From the IMG/VR virus record IMGVR_UViG_3300020374_001049, positions 1 to 51,644 of that record: a stretch of 51,644 nt of DNA, one strand, 5' to 3'. Below, in pieces: positions 10,901 to 20,840 of the stretch. The number at the start of each line of letters is the position of its first letter. Position 1 is the stretch's first letter. This stretch comes from a virus. Lineage: Duplodnaviria; Caudoviricetes. The notes under the pieces are model-generated. The model searched no databases and was not told the DNA's origin. It was given only the letters and a program-made list of their open reading frames with translations. The position numbers and the translations under genes were made by a program.

Positions 10901-13900
10901 AAAGATTATGCCGACACAACCGGAAGTTTTATTCCGCCTACTCCTACAAAACTTGGCATGTATCCAAAATTCAAACCTGAACTAGTTACGGACAACACAT
11001 ACAGAACAAGCAAAAGTGTAATTGTAGGACACGATGGTTCAAGAACTATTGCTTATGGTGATTACAGAGATGACCTATTGTTAGAACTTGAAAAAAGAAT
11101 TTACAACAACTTGAAAACTGCATATGACTCATCTCTACTTGCAGAAACAGATGTAAGACCATCGGTGTTTAAATCCACAGGCTACACCAATACAGAATTT
11201 AACAGTGTATTGAGTTTGGATTTTTACAACTGGGCAGGAAAAAACAATGTAAGTTGGCAGAACAACACAACCTACAAAGAAGATGATGCATTTACCTGGA
11301 ACTATAATTTAGCCAGAGATTCAGTATCTAACAATCTAAGTCCAGGATACTGGAGAGGCATTTACAAATTGTACTATGACACAGACAGACCTCATACTCA
11401 TCCATGGGAAATGCTTGGATATAGCGAAAAACCCAGCACATGGGAAACACATTATGGACCTGCACCATACACAGCAGGCAACAGCGTTCTATGGGATGAC
11501 CTAGAAGCAGGCTATGACAGAACTCAAAGCACAACAATAACAAGATATATTAGAACAGGTTTATCAAATTACTTGCCTGTTGATGACAACGGAAATCTAA
11601 AAAGTCCAATAGCGGCAAAATTAATACAAGGTGACACAACAAGAAATAGAAATAGGAATTGGGAGTTTGGTGATCAGTCACCTAGTGAAACTGCATGGAG
11701 AAGATCACCTTCTTATGCTTTCAGTGTTGCAAAAGTATTAGCACTAACAAATCCTGCCAAGTTCTTTGGATTGTTTTTAGACAATGCAAAACTTACAAGA
11801 AACACAGCAAACAACCTGGTTGATTCAACAACAGAAGTAAGACAAACACTTGCTGATACAAAATATCATTTAGAAACAGAGACTAACGAAGTTACAGGTG
11901 TAACAACAAGATACATGACTGCTGGGTACCAGCCTTGGGTAGTAAATTATCTAATAAAAAATAATTTAGATCCTGCAACTTTTTACTATGACAAGATGAA
12001 AAATCTAAATGTCCAACTTGCTTACAAACTTGGCGGGTTTACAGATAAAGAAAACATCAAAGTTTTAACAGATTCCACATCACCAGCGTCTGCAGGAGGC
12101 ACACAGTTTGTTCCAGATGAAAACTACAAAATACTTTTTAGAACATCTAATCCTGTAAACAGTTTCAGTTATTCAGGTGTGTTAATAGAACTTAACACAG
12201 ATACAACCACAGATGGTTCAACACTGCAAGGTGGTTACAAAGTTATTGGTTACAATGCACTTCAGCCTTTCTTTAAAGTTTTTGAACCAATGAAAAGTGG
12301 AAGCACAAAAATTAAAGTGGGCACTGCCGAAGCAGTAATTTACAAAAATTACAGAAACACTGTAAAAACTGTGACCTACGGAACAGTGTTTACTACTGTG
12401 CAAGAAGTTATTGACTTTTTAGTAGGATATGGAAAATATTTAGAATCACAAGGATTTGTTTTTGATAAATTTTCAAACGAAATCAAAGAAGTTAACAATT
12501 GGGAAACTTCAGCCAAAGAATTTTTATACTGGACAACACAAGGTTGGTCTTCAGGAGCGGCAATAACTTTGTCAGCAGGAGCAGACGGATTTAATCTTGT
12601 CACACAAAACAGTATTATTGCTAGATTGACCGATGTGAAAGGACAGTACAGTGTTTTAGATGCTGGCGGAAGAATAATTGGAGTCAAAGATATTTCAACA
12701 AAAAGAGCAGGCACAACTTTCAATATCAGTACAAAAAATCCTGAATTAGGTATTTTCAATATTCAAATGAATGCTGTTCAAAAAGAACACATGATTATTT
12801 TTGATAACAAAACTTCATTTAATGATGTTATCCTTGAATTACCAACAGGATTCAGACAACAAAGACTCAAATTAATTGGTTGGAAGACAGGCAACTGGAA
12901 CGGTGACTACTATGCTCCAGGATTTATTTTTGATGAAGCACAAGTATCTTTATGGTTAGCAAACACCAATTATGAAATTGGTGACACAGTTGAATATGAT
13001 GCAAACTTTTATGTTGCAAAAGTAAATCATAATTCAGGTTCAGAATTTGACTTTGCTAAATGGCAGATCAAAGATGCAAAACCTGTACCGCAGTTGATAC
13101 CAAACTTTGACTACAAAATAGATCAATTTAATGATTTTTACAATCTTGAAACAAACAATTTTAATCAAGGGCAACAAAGTCTTGCACAACACTTAATAGG
13201 ATACCAAAGCAGACCTTACCTTGAAAATCTTTTTGCTAATGATATATCACAATACAAATTCTATCAAGGCTTTATCAGAGATAAAGGCACAAGCACTGCT
13301 ATAGATAGATTACTAAAAGCACAATTCAATGATGAAAATTTAGATATTGAAACATATCAAGAATGGATGATAAGAGTAGGCGAGTTTGGAAATGCAGATG
13401 GTGTTAAGAGTCTGCAGATCAAAATGCCTGACAACACATTCCTTCACAACACACAGTCGATTGAATTACTACCTAATGGAGGCACCAAGTCCTATGATAG
13501 ATCAGTAGGAGTTGAAGACAATGAACTTTATGATAAACCTTTAGAATATACCGCAAGTGCAACTTTTGACAGATACGATTACACAAAACCAGGCTTTGAC
13601 AGAGATGTAATACAGAAATTTAAAACAGCAGGTTGGGTAAGACCACAAGATGTACAACACACTGCATATGATATTGATGACATTACAAATTTAGATGTTA
13701 ACCAAATACAAAACAACGATTTAATTTGGATTGCACGAAAAGAAGATACCAATTGGGACGTTTTAAGAATAAGTCCTGCAGATATTACAGTAAAAAGTGT
13801 AAGAAGTTTCAACAATGACACACAAATGATCATAGAATTTTCTTTACCGCACAGTTTTGTCAAAAACGATTACATGGCAATTAGAAACAGTCAATTTGCC

Positions 13901-16900
13901 AACTTAAATGGTGTATACAAAATACAAGAAATACAAGATGGTACCAGCGTATTAATTAATTTTGAGAATGCTTCAAGCCTCGGTACGCCGAATTCAGTAC
14001 TTGCAGATGAATCTACACTGGACACTTATGGTGATGTTTACAAAACAGTTTCAGTAAGAGTCGCATCAATGAACAATGTAAATGATAGATTATCTTACAG
14101 AGAATACAAAGATGCAGACGACATCAATAAAATAAAAGGTGACAGAGTGTTTGCTGAAAATGTTGGTGGCACTTATAAAACTTACGAAAAAGTTGACCCA
14201 TATGCTATAAATTATCTTGGATCTCCGGATTCTGATGTAAATCAAGACTTTGGTTACAGGTGTCTTTCAAGAGAAGACGGTAGAACACTTGTTGTGTCAG
14301 CGCCTGACAAAGGTCAAGGGACTGTGCATTTCTACTTTGCTAGAGATGTAAGTGGTGACAATCCAATATACACAATACAAAACAGTTTCACTATGACTGA
14401 TAACAACGATAACACAAGTAGATTAGGTGAAAGTTTATCAATCAGTAGTGATGAAAATTTTGTTGTTGCAGGTGCACCTTATGCCAATGCAATGGCACTA
14501 GATGGCAGTACAAGACAGATTGATTCAGGTTTGATCAAAATATATCTATGGGGTAGTAGTACTTTAAATTACAGTCTACTAACAACTTTGACATCACCAT
14601 TTGATGGATCAAGCAATTTAGAAAATGCAAATTTTGGTTGGAGTCATGCTATTGCAGAGCAAGGCACTGCGTCAACTCGTAGTACAACAGACAAATACTT
14701 GTTTGTTTCAGCACCAGGTTATCAATCAGACACAGGGGTTGTACATATGTATACCTGGGGTGTTGGAGCAGATGGCTCAACATATGACACCTGGACACAG
14801 CAGACATCAATACAATCAAATGATCCTGACGCAGGACAGAGATTTGGTCATAGACTAAAAGTAAATGACAACGGTGACATTCTTGCTGTTAGTTCCAAAG
14901 CACCAGGCAAAGCAGGTAAAGTAGAAATTTTTGTAAGATCAAGTGTGACCAATGATGATAGTACACAATACATTTGGACACACAGACAAACACTAGAAGG
15001 TGCTACTGCAGATGGTTCAACTAAGAACACTGCTTTTGGTGATGACATAGCAATGAGCAAAGATGGAACTGCATTATTTGTTACCGCACCAGGACATGAC
15101 AAAACAAATCAAGAAGATGCAGGTGCAATATATTATTACAAATGGAACGCTGATGGGTCAACTAATACATACACTCTACAACAAACTTTAGTTGCGCCTG
15201 ACACACAGACCAATATGAGATTTGGTTCAAGTATATCCACAAACATTGCAGGCACAAGAGTTGCCATTGGCGCTGAAAATCTTGGCAATGCAAGAGAAAT
15301 GAAATTTGATAGTGGAGCAACAACTTTTGATTTACAAGATACTTTAGTTGTAGACTTAAACATAGGTTCAGGTGGTGTGTATACTGCAACTTTATATGAC
15401 ACACAATTTGTTATAGATGATAGAATAGTTACTACTCATGTCAGTGCAAATGATGATTTTGGTACAGGCGTGTTCATGGCAGAGAACGGAGTGTTAGTAG
15501 GTGCACCGCAAGACACAAGCGAATCAGGTAGATCTGAAGATGGCTCATTGACTGTGTTTAAATTAAAAACTGCAAACAGTTATGCATGGAAAGAATTAGT
15601 GTCTGAAAAAGCACTGATTGACAATAGAAAAATTAAATCAGCATTTATTTTTGACAGGTCTTCAAACAAAATTATTGATTACATTGACTACTATGATCCA
15701 ATCAAAGGTAGAATTTTAGGAGTTGCCGACAGAGAAATCAACTACAAAACAGAATGGGATCCAGCAGTATACAATGTTGGTTCAGCAGAAGTAAGTGTAA
15801 ATGCAAATATCCCATGGGGTGAAGAACACATAGGCGAAGTATGGTGGGATCTTTCAAGGGCCAAATGGATTTGGTATGAACAAAGTGATCAAGAATACAA
15901 GACACAGAATTGGGGCAAACTGTTTCCAGGAGCATCAATTGATATCTATGAATGGGTAGAATCAAGACTGGCTCCAGCAGACTGGAACAATGTTGCTGAC
16001 ACCACAGGAGGTATATCTCAAGGCATATCAGGAATTCCAAAATACGCAGATAACACAGTATTCACCACAAAACAAAAATATGATCCTGCAAGTGGTGGTT
16101 TTGTAAACTTCTACTACTATTGGGTAAGAAACAGTGTGATACTTCCTGATCCAGGCAAGTCTGTTGTTACAAGAAAAAGCACAACTGCATATGTTTCAAA
16201 CATCATTACAAACCCTGCACTAGGTGGATTCAAATATTTTGCTGTCACAGACACAGATAAACTTTTAACTTTCAATATTAAAAATACACTAGCAAATGAC
16301 AGTGTTGTGTTGAACGTGGATTACAGCAATAACGTTGAATCTGGAGATAATCATAGTGTATGGAAATTGTTTAGCGAAGGTGATCCAACAGAAGTTCCTA
16401 CTACAAAAGTTGAAAACAAATGGTGGGACAGTTTGATTGGTGTTGATACAGAAGGCAACAATGTGCCTGACCTAGATTTACCATTGAACAGAAGATACGG
16501 AAATAAAATTAGACCAAGACAGAGTTGGTACATCAATAGATATGATGCACTAAAACAGATTATAGATTATTCAAACTCTGTAATGAAAAAATACGAATTG
16601 GCAAACACAATAAATTACACAAACTTAAATGCCAATGATCCAGAACCAACTGAAGGCAGTGGAGAATGGGACGCAACGGTAGATACATACGCGGATTTAA
16701 CTTATATCAACACAGCAGATCTAAGTGGCACTGTAAATTATCTTGTAAAAGCAGATGAAGAAAATTCAAATGGCTTCTGGGCAATATATCAATGGGATGG
16801 TGCAACTTTTAACAGAACAAAGATTCAAACATTCAAAACCAGTGCATTTTACAGTTTAAGTGATTGGTACAAAACAGATGGTGACATGACACATGATGAA

Positions 16901-19900
16901 AACACAGTTGTAGATGCTCAAGTCACTTATGAATATCAACTAGATACTTTAGATCTTGCCGTAGGTAAACACGCAAAAGTCACAAACGCAGACACCGGTG
17001 GATGGAAACTGTTTATGAAAACAACTACAGGTTGGGAAAAAGTTGGTGTTGAAAACGGCACAATTCAATTTAGTAAAAAACTTTATGACAACACAATTGA
17101 TGACATTGGATTTGCAGGCGATGATGCTTTTGACGATAATTTTTACGATCAAGAACCAACACAAGAATTAAGAAAAATTTTAACTGCATTAAGAGACAAC
17201 ATTTTTATAAACGAGTTAAAAGTTGAATACAACAATTTATTCTTCATAGGTTTAAGAAAAGTTTTAGAAGAACAATTATATGTAGACTGGATGTTCAAAA
17301 CCAGTTTCCTAAATGTTAAAAACAATTTCCGTGAATTAACGCAGAGAAAAACATATACAACAGGTGCAGATTCATATGTACAGGAATATATCAATGAAGT
17401 AAAACCATTCCATACAAAATTAAGAGAATACAAAGTTGGATATAGAAAAACTGAAACACAGGATGGTCTGTTTACAGATTTTGATAACCCGCCGTTTTAT
17501 GACAGCACCACAGGTAAAATTAGAAAAATTGATGTAGATGGTCCAGCAGATGCAACAAGATTAACAGAGTATCCATACAAAATATGGAATAACAATCATA
17601 AAAAATCTGTGAAAACTTTAACAATTACTAATGCAGGTTCAGGTTATACTACTGCACCAACTGTGACTTTTACAGGTGGAACCACTGGCACAACAGGACC
17701 ATTCCAAATTTTAGGAAGAAGTAATTCAGGCACCACAAGCGGAACATATGGATATTTTTATCCGTTGTTTACAGATCAACATAAAGCAAATATCTATGAC
17801 AAACAAAATGGTGGTGCAGGCGCAAGTCACTCACACACTTTTGAAGAATATTCTGGATTAACGTTCTATATGCCAACAGGATCTATGAATCACGGCATAT
17901 CTACTAAATCATTTGCATTTAAGATGTACACTGAATCCACAGCAACTCAGGCCACAGCAGAAGCAGTGGTACAAGGTGGACAGGTCACAAGGATAACTTT
18001 GTTGACTGCAGGTGCAGGTTATGACACTACTCCAAATGTAATTTTAACAGGCGGAGCCGCTGACGGATCAACTCCTACAGACACAGCCAAAGTTTACGCA
18101 AATCTTGGCAATGATCTTGTCAGAGATATAGATGTTACTTTAAAATTTGACAGAGTGGATCAAGGAGCAACTGTGTTTGAATGGGCAAAAAGCACTGCCT
18201 ATGCATATGGTTCTTTGGTCAGACACAACAATGAATTATATAGAGTAACAACTGCATTTACATCAGGTACAAAATTCACAGACAACGAAGGAGACCTAAC
18301 AAAAGTCAAAGGCGACGAAGAATGGTTGACTGCGGCAGGTAGAACACTTGGTATGTACACACCCAACGCAGGAATGGCAGGCAATGATCTTACACAATTA
18401 ATGGAAGGTATTGACTATGGCGGAGTTCAAATCACAGGTGCATTATTCTCCAATGAACAAGGTTGGGACAAATCACCTTGGTATAACAGACCTTGGGACG
18501 CATATGGTTCAACCAAAGTAAAAACTTTCTATGGTGACGGATCGACAGCCACTTACACATTTGACACAGCACCGCTGGCAACAGATGTGTACACTGTGTA
18601 CTATGATGGCACAAGACAGACCACAGATGTGTTTAGAGGTGATGGATCAACTACAACATTTACATTTACAGCCGCGGCCGCTGATGGAGTCAAAGTTGAA
18701 CTAATACCTTTTGATGAAGACAAAGTGTTGACTCCTACAGATGACAGAACACTTGACACATTGTTAAGTGGAGGCTTGTTTAATACAGCAATAGGTCTTG
18801 CTCCTTCAGATATAATTCAAGACGGAGATGCATTTATAACTCCTGAAACAAGTTATGCACCAGAAGAAACTGTGCCAGGACAAATTTTTGACACACTGGA
18901 TATAAAAGTTTATACTGCACCTTTATCAGGTGTACCGTTTATTGTTGACAGTTCATACTTGACAGATGGATCCACAGCCACTTTTGCTATAGGACAAAAA
19001 CCTGCAACACAGGCAGGAGTATTTGTTTCATTGGATGGTGTACCACAAAACTCAATTAGCAACACAGACAGCAGTTTAATTTACACTGTTGATACAGCGG
19101 CGCAAACAGTTACATTTACAAATACACCAGCAACTGGCAAAGTTGTCAACATAAAAAGTTTTGCAGTGTCAGGAGAAAATTATGTTCTGCTGAACACATT
19201 TACAGGAGACGGTAGCACAACAGCGTTTGTGACCGGAGCCAGAGACACTTATCAACTTGACAGTGCTCAGCCGCAATTGTTTGTGACAGTGGATGGACAA
19301 CCTACTACTGATTACACAACTACAGAAAGCAATAAAAGAATTACAATAAACTTTAGTACTGCTCCTGCGGCAGGACAGGCAATACAGATCGCAGGATTCA
19401 ATCAAGATCCAAGCACTAGAGCATTTAATCAAATTATAAGAGAAGATATTAAAGTTTCTTCGTTATCACAACCATACACTTTGGACTATCCTGCAGGAAC
19501 AATTGGACCTTTTGCAGGTCTAACAATAGTACAGTACAACGGCACTCAATTGAGAGGTCCTGACAACACTTACTATGGTGCTGACGGAAGCACATATTCA
19601 TTTGGTGTAGCATCAGGATTGAGTGATGGATCCACAGTAGATCCAAGCAAAACTATTACAAGTAATACTCAAATAGAAGTGTATGTCAACGGAACTAAAA
19701 AGTTTTTAAACACAGACTACACAGTTGACATCAGCGGACAAACAGTAGATTTTTTAACGCCACCTGTAGAAGGAGATGTAATTGCAATTACAACTTTGGT
19801 TGACAATCATTACAAAATTGTTGGAAACGATTTAGTGTTCAATGAAACACAGTTAACCACTGACGGAATAAGCATATCTGGAAATATATCAGTAACAACA

Positions 19901-20830
19901 TTCAACAATGCCACAGGCAGTAAGATAAGAAGAGAAGTACTTGAAGGCAGAACAACAGGTGAACTTTTCCTAAACAATGAACCATTAAATGGTGACTATG
20001 TGTTTGTTACATTGAATGGTACAAGATCACTTGTACAAGGCTTTGATTTCACTGTTGTCGGCAACAAAATCACTGTAAGTGGAGTTGCATTGACATCTAG
20101 CGATAGATTAGATATAATGTACTTTGCTGTGGAGTCAAATACAAATGCCACAGGATTTAGAATTTTTAAAGACATGTTGAACAGAACATTTTACAAAAGA
20201 ATTAGTCAAACAAACACCACCAGGTTGACAGTGGCTCTTGACAGTAGTGATTTAGAAATCACTGTTGCTGACGGCACAGTGTTGACAGAACCAGATCCTT
20301 CAGTCAATATGCCTGGTGTTATTTTTATTGACAAAGAAAGAATTGAATATTTTACCAAGTCAGGTAACACTCTCGGAAGATTAAAGAGAGGTACACTTGG
20401 AACCGGAATTAAGTCACATGCCTCAGGCGCTTCTGTAGTAGACGCTGGCGGCTTACAAACTGTGCCTTATGCTGACACTATAACAACCAAAACCTACACA
20501 GGTGATGGTTCGACTGTGCAGTTTGCTACTACACACGCTCCGTCTCGTGAAGAAGATTTAGACATATTCATTGGTGGCCAAAGATTGTTGTTTAAACACG
20601 AGACGGAGGACAGCACATTAGTAAGGGGTTACAGTGTAGATGGAAGTACTGCTTTTGTAACATTAACAACCGCACCTGCCAATGGCACACAAGTTAAAAT
20701 CGTTCAAAAACGAGGAAATACTTGGTACACAGCAGGAGCAACAACAGCCGCAGATGGAAATGGTCTAAGTAGATCAACAACTATACAGGCTAAATTCATA
20801 GCAGGAGAACCAACAAATGCACCAGAATAA
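7949..20830 (+). CDS. Giant (4293 aa) baseplate/virion structural protein at the gp7-like position, with cupredoxin-like, CBM-like, FG-GAP propeller and beta-repeat modules
   Basis: The ORF is uninterrupted and follows gp6. Its N-terminus HLPSFYRTDANERFL resembles wedge proteins. FG-GAP-like repeats (FGYR..VVSAP, LGESLS..VVAGAP, FGWSHA..LFVSAP, FGDDIA..LFVTAP, FGTGV..LVGAP) occupy ~14230-15570. Its C-terminus has GVIFIDKERIEY...LKRGTLGT...H and GDGSTxxF repeats. Confidence 0.75.
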   Translation: MADRAINSQINNVEYKDKNGNVIRRSIGHLPSFYRTDANERFLSSTIDPLIQPGSLQRLDGFVGHEYAYTRNPKDKYISATSTDRKNYQLEPTVTYTDKDTASVNPEDRVKFTGTYDDYLNQIKFFGGLTDNQDRLNKEKVYAWNPAIDYDKLVNYREYYWLPEGPNPISVNTIGTGTTTEIKVANNAAGAYTFSTRAGTDNPTLKLYRGNTYKFIVNASGHPFYIMTEPFKTGIDVDGSTSVIYSTGVTNNGTDKGTVEFVVPTDAPDVLYYQCGNHTAMHGVLTIETIDSSTNIDVENQIEGAKNYTTSAGVKLSNGMKLKFGTNVTNASKYSTKQFYVEGVGDSITLTDSADLITPESYATETTETYDSVPYDDRPYQISFYRPVDKDYITINRSSIDQNAWSRYNRWYHKSVLETTATANGTTANLLEEDRAKRPIIEFDSGLALYNHGTVAKKSVTLVDTVTTDVFSNVVNKTGYIVDGVSLAEGMRVLFTADTDTLVKNRIYVVNFVTVGSSKVIALTSPADSSPADKECVFIELGTSNQGKTYFYDSTDKTWSVGQTKTALNQEPLFDLFDSDHVSFSNTTTYPTTTFTGAKVFNFATSTSSVTDTVLGKKIKYKTINNVGDIVFESDLSSGSFTYTSGNDSVTKKYGSGHLHYTTGLTTHNSKSGWIEREEESKQRVIKTIVVTSDEKKLFPIDVYKNSKSLTDLEVSVDVNHVRKDLTTDYTLADGTVNKYVSFNKDLAVNDIVKISTYSATKKVDGIGLYEVPENLSVNPFNAQLSEFTFGEILNHVHDIQEKNIDVVGTIPGSSNLRDLPEVRTKGGTILQHTGALPQGIFNLIDQNANTIRGLEYASLEYEKFRDSFISKSFGKNFTGDVPEFVDEILTAIADEKNQTFPFFYEDMVGFGKNVSTKTYTVQDSSEVDYAIDSVHKMNTVSNRAVYVYVNDVQLTHNTDYTFNTTDDSVTISKTLVVGDIIKIKDYADTTGSFIPPTPTKLGMYPKFKPELVTDNTYRTSKSVIVGHDGSRTIAYGDYRDDLLLELEKRIYNNLKTAYDSSLLAETDVRPSVFKSTGYTNTEFNSVLSLDFYNWAGKNNVSWQNNTTYKEDDAFTWNYNLARDSVSNNLSPGYWRGIYKLYYDTDRPHTHPWEMLGYSEKPSTWETHYGPAPYTAGNSVLWDDLEAGYDRTQSTTITRYIRTGLSNYLPVDDNGNLKSPIAAKLIQGDTTRNRNRNWEFGDQSPSETAWRRSPSYAFSVAKVLALTNPAKFFGLFLDNAKLTRNTANNLVDSTTEVRQTLADTKYHLETETNEVTGVTTRYMTAGYQPWVVNYLIKNNLDPATFYYDKMKNLNVQLAYKLGGFTDKENIKVLTDSTSPASAGGTQFVPDENYKILFRTSNPVNSFSYSGVLIELNTDTTTDGSTLQGGYKVIGYNALQPFFKVFEPMKSGSTKIKVGTAEAVIYKNYRNTVKTVTYGTVFTTVQEVIDFLVGYGKYLESQGFVFDKFSNEIKEVNNWETSAKEFLYWTTQGWSSGAAITLSAGADGFNLVTQNSIIARLTDVKGQYSVLDAGGRIIGVKDISTKRAGTTFNISTKNPELGIFNIQMNAVQKEHMIIFDNKTSFNDVILELPTGFRQQRLKLIGWKTGNWNGDYYAPGFIFDEAQVSLWLANTNYEIGDTVEYDANFYVAKVNHNSGSEFDFAKWQIKDAKPVPQLIPNFDYKIDQFNDFYNLETNNFNQGQQSLAQHLIGYQSRPYLENLFANDISQYKFYQGFIRDKGTSTAIDRLLKAQFNDENLDIETYQEWMIRVGEFGNADGVKSLQIKMPDNTFLHNTQSIELLPNGGTKSYDRSVGVEDNELYDKPLEYTASATFDRYDYTKPGFDRDVIQKFKTAGWVRPQDVQHTAYDIDDITNLDVNQIQNNDLIWIARKEDTNWDVLRISPADITVKSVRSFNNDTQMIIEFSLPHSFVKNDYMAIRNSQFANLNGVYKIQEIQDGTSVLINFENASSLGTPNSVLADESTLDTYGDVYKTVSVRVASMNNVNDRLSYREYKDADDINKIKGDRVFAENVGGTYKTYEKVDPYAINYLGSPDSDVNQDFGYRCLSREDGRTLVVSAPDKGQGTVHFYFARDVSGDNPIYTIQNSFTMTDNNDNTSRLGESLSISSDENFVVAGAPYANAMALDGSTRQIDSGLIKIYLWGSSTLNYSLLTTLTSPFDGSSNLENANFGWSHAIAEQGTASTRSTTDKYLFVSAPGYQSDTGVVHMYTWGVGADGSTYDTWTQQTSIQSNDPDAGQRFGHRLKVNDNGDILAVSSKAPGKAGKVEIFVRSSVTNDDSTQYIWTHRQTLEGATADGSTKNTAFGDDIAMSKDGTALFVTAPGHDKTNQEDAGAIYYYKWNADGSTNTYTLQQTLVAPDTQTNMRFGSSISTNIAGTRVAIGAENLGNAREMKFDSGATTFDLQDTLVVDLNIGSGGVYTATLYDTQFVIDDRIVTTHVSANDDFGTGVFMAENGVLVGAPQDTSESGRSEDGSLTVFKLKTANSYAWKELVSEKALIDNRKIKSAFIFDRSSNKIIDYIDYYDPIKGRILGVADREINYKTEWDPAVYNVGSAEVSVNANIPWGEEHIGEVWWDLSRAKWIWYEQSDQEYKTQNWGKLFPGASIDIYEWVESRLAPADWNNVADTTGGISQGISGIPKYADNTVFTTKQKYDPASGGFVNFYYYWVRNSVILPDPGKSVVTRKSTTAYVSNIITNPALGGFKYFAVTDTDKLLTFNIKNTLANDSVVLNVDYSNNVESGDNHSVWKLFSEGDPTEVPTTKVENKWWDSLIGVDTEGNNVPDLDLPLNRRYGNKIRPRQSWYINRYDALKQIIDYSNSVMKKYELANTINYTNLNANDPEPTEGSGEWDATVDTYADLTYINTADLSGTVNYLVKADEENSNGFWAIYQWDGATFNRTKIQTFKTSAFYSLSDWYKTDGDMTHDENTVVDAQVTYEYQLDTLDLAVGKHAKVTNADTGGWKLFMKTTTGWEKVGVENGTIQFSKKLYDNTIDDIGFAGDDAFDDNFYDQEPTQELRKILTALRDNIFINELKVEYNNLFFIGLRKVLEEQLYVDWMFKTSFLNVKNNFRELTQRKTYTTGADSYVQEYINEVKPFHTKLREYKVGYRKTETQDGLFTDFDNPPFYDSTTGKIRKIDVDGPADATRLTEYPYKIWNNNHKKSVKTLTITNAGSGYTTAPTVTFTGGTTGTTGPFQILGRSNSGTTSGTYGYFYPLFTDQHKANIYDKQNGGAGASHSHTFEEYSGLTFYMPTGSMNHGISTKSFAFKMYTESTATQATAEAVVQGGQVTRITLLTAGAGYDTTPNVILTGGAADGSTPTDTAKVYANLGNDLVRDIDVTLKFDRVDQGATVFEWAKSTAYAYGSLVRHNNELYRVTTAFTSGTKFTDNEGDLTKVKGDEEWLTAAGRTLGMYTPNAGMAGNDLTQLMEGIDYGGVQITGALFSNEQGWDKSPWYNRPWDAYGSTKVKTFYGDGSTATYTFDTAPLATDVYTVYYDGTRQTTDVFRGDGSTTTFTFTAAAADGVKVELIPFDEDKVLTPTDDRTLDTLLSGGLFNTAIGLAPSDIIQDGDAFITPETSYAPEETVPGQIFDTLDIKVYTAPLSGVPFIVDSSYLTDGSTATFAIGQKPATQAGVFVSLDGVPQNSISNTDSSLIYTVDTAAQTVTFTNTPATGKVVNIKSFAVSGENYVLLNTFTGDGSTTAFVTGARDTYQLDSAQPQLFVTVDGQPTTDYTTTESNKRITINFSTAPAAGQAIQIAGFNQDPSTRAFNQIIREDIKVSSLSQPYTLDYPAGTIGPFAGLTIVQYNGTQLRGPDNTYYGADGSTYSFGVASGLSDGSTVDPSKTITSNTQIEVYVNGTKKFLNTDYTVDISGQTVDFLTPPVEGDVIAITTLVDNHYKIVGNDLVFNETQLTTDGISISGNISVTTFNNATGSKIRREVLEGRTTGELFLNNEPLNGDYVFVTLNGTRSLVQGFDFTVVGNKITVSGVALTSSDRLDIMYFAVESNTNATGFRIFKDMLNRTFYKRISQTNTTRLTVALDSSDLEITVADGTVLTEPDPSVNMPGVIFIDKERIEYFTKSGNTLGRLKRGTLGTGIKSHASGASVVDAGGLQTVPYADTITTKTYTGDGSTVQFATTHAPSREEDLDIFIGGQRLLFKHETEDSTLVRGYSVDGSTAFVTLTTAPANGTQVKIVQKRGNTWYTAGATTAADGNGLSRSTTIQAKFIAGEPTNAPE

Positions 20831-20833
20831 ATA
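20827..20833 (+). promoter_or_regulatory. Late promoter-like ATAAATA
   Basis: Overlaps the stop of the giant gene and lies 7 nt before the ATG at 20841. Confidence 0.55.
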
Positions 20834-20840
20834 CAATGAG

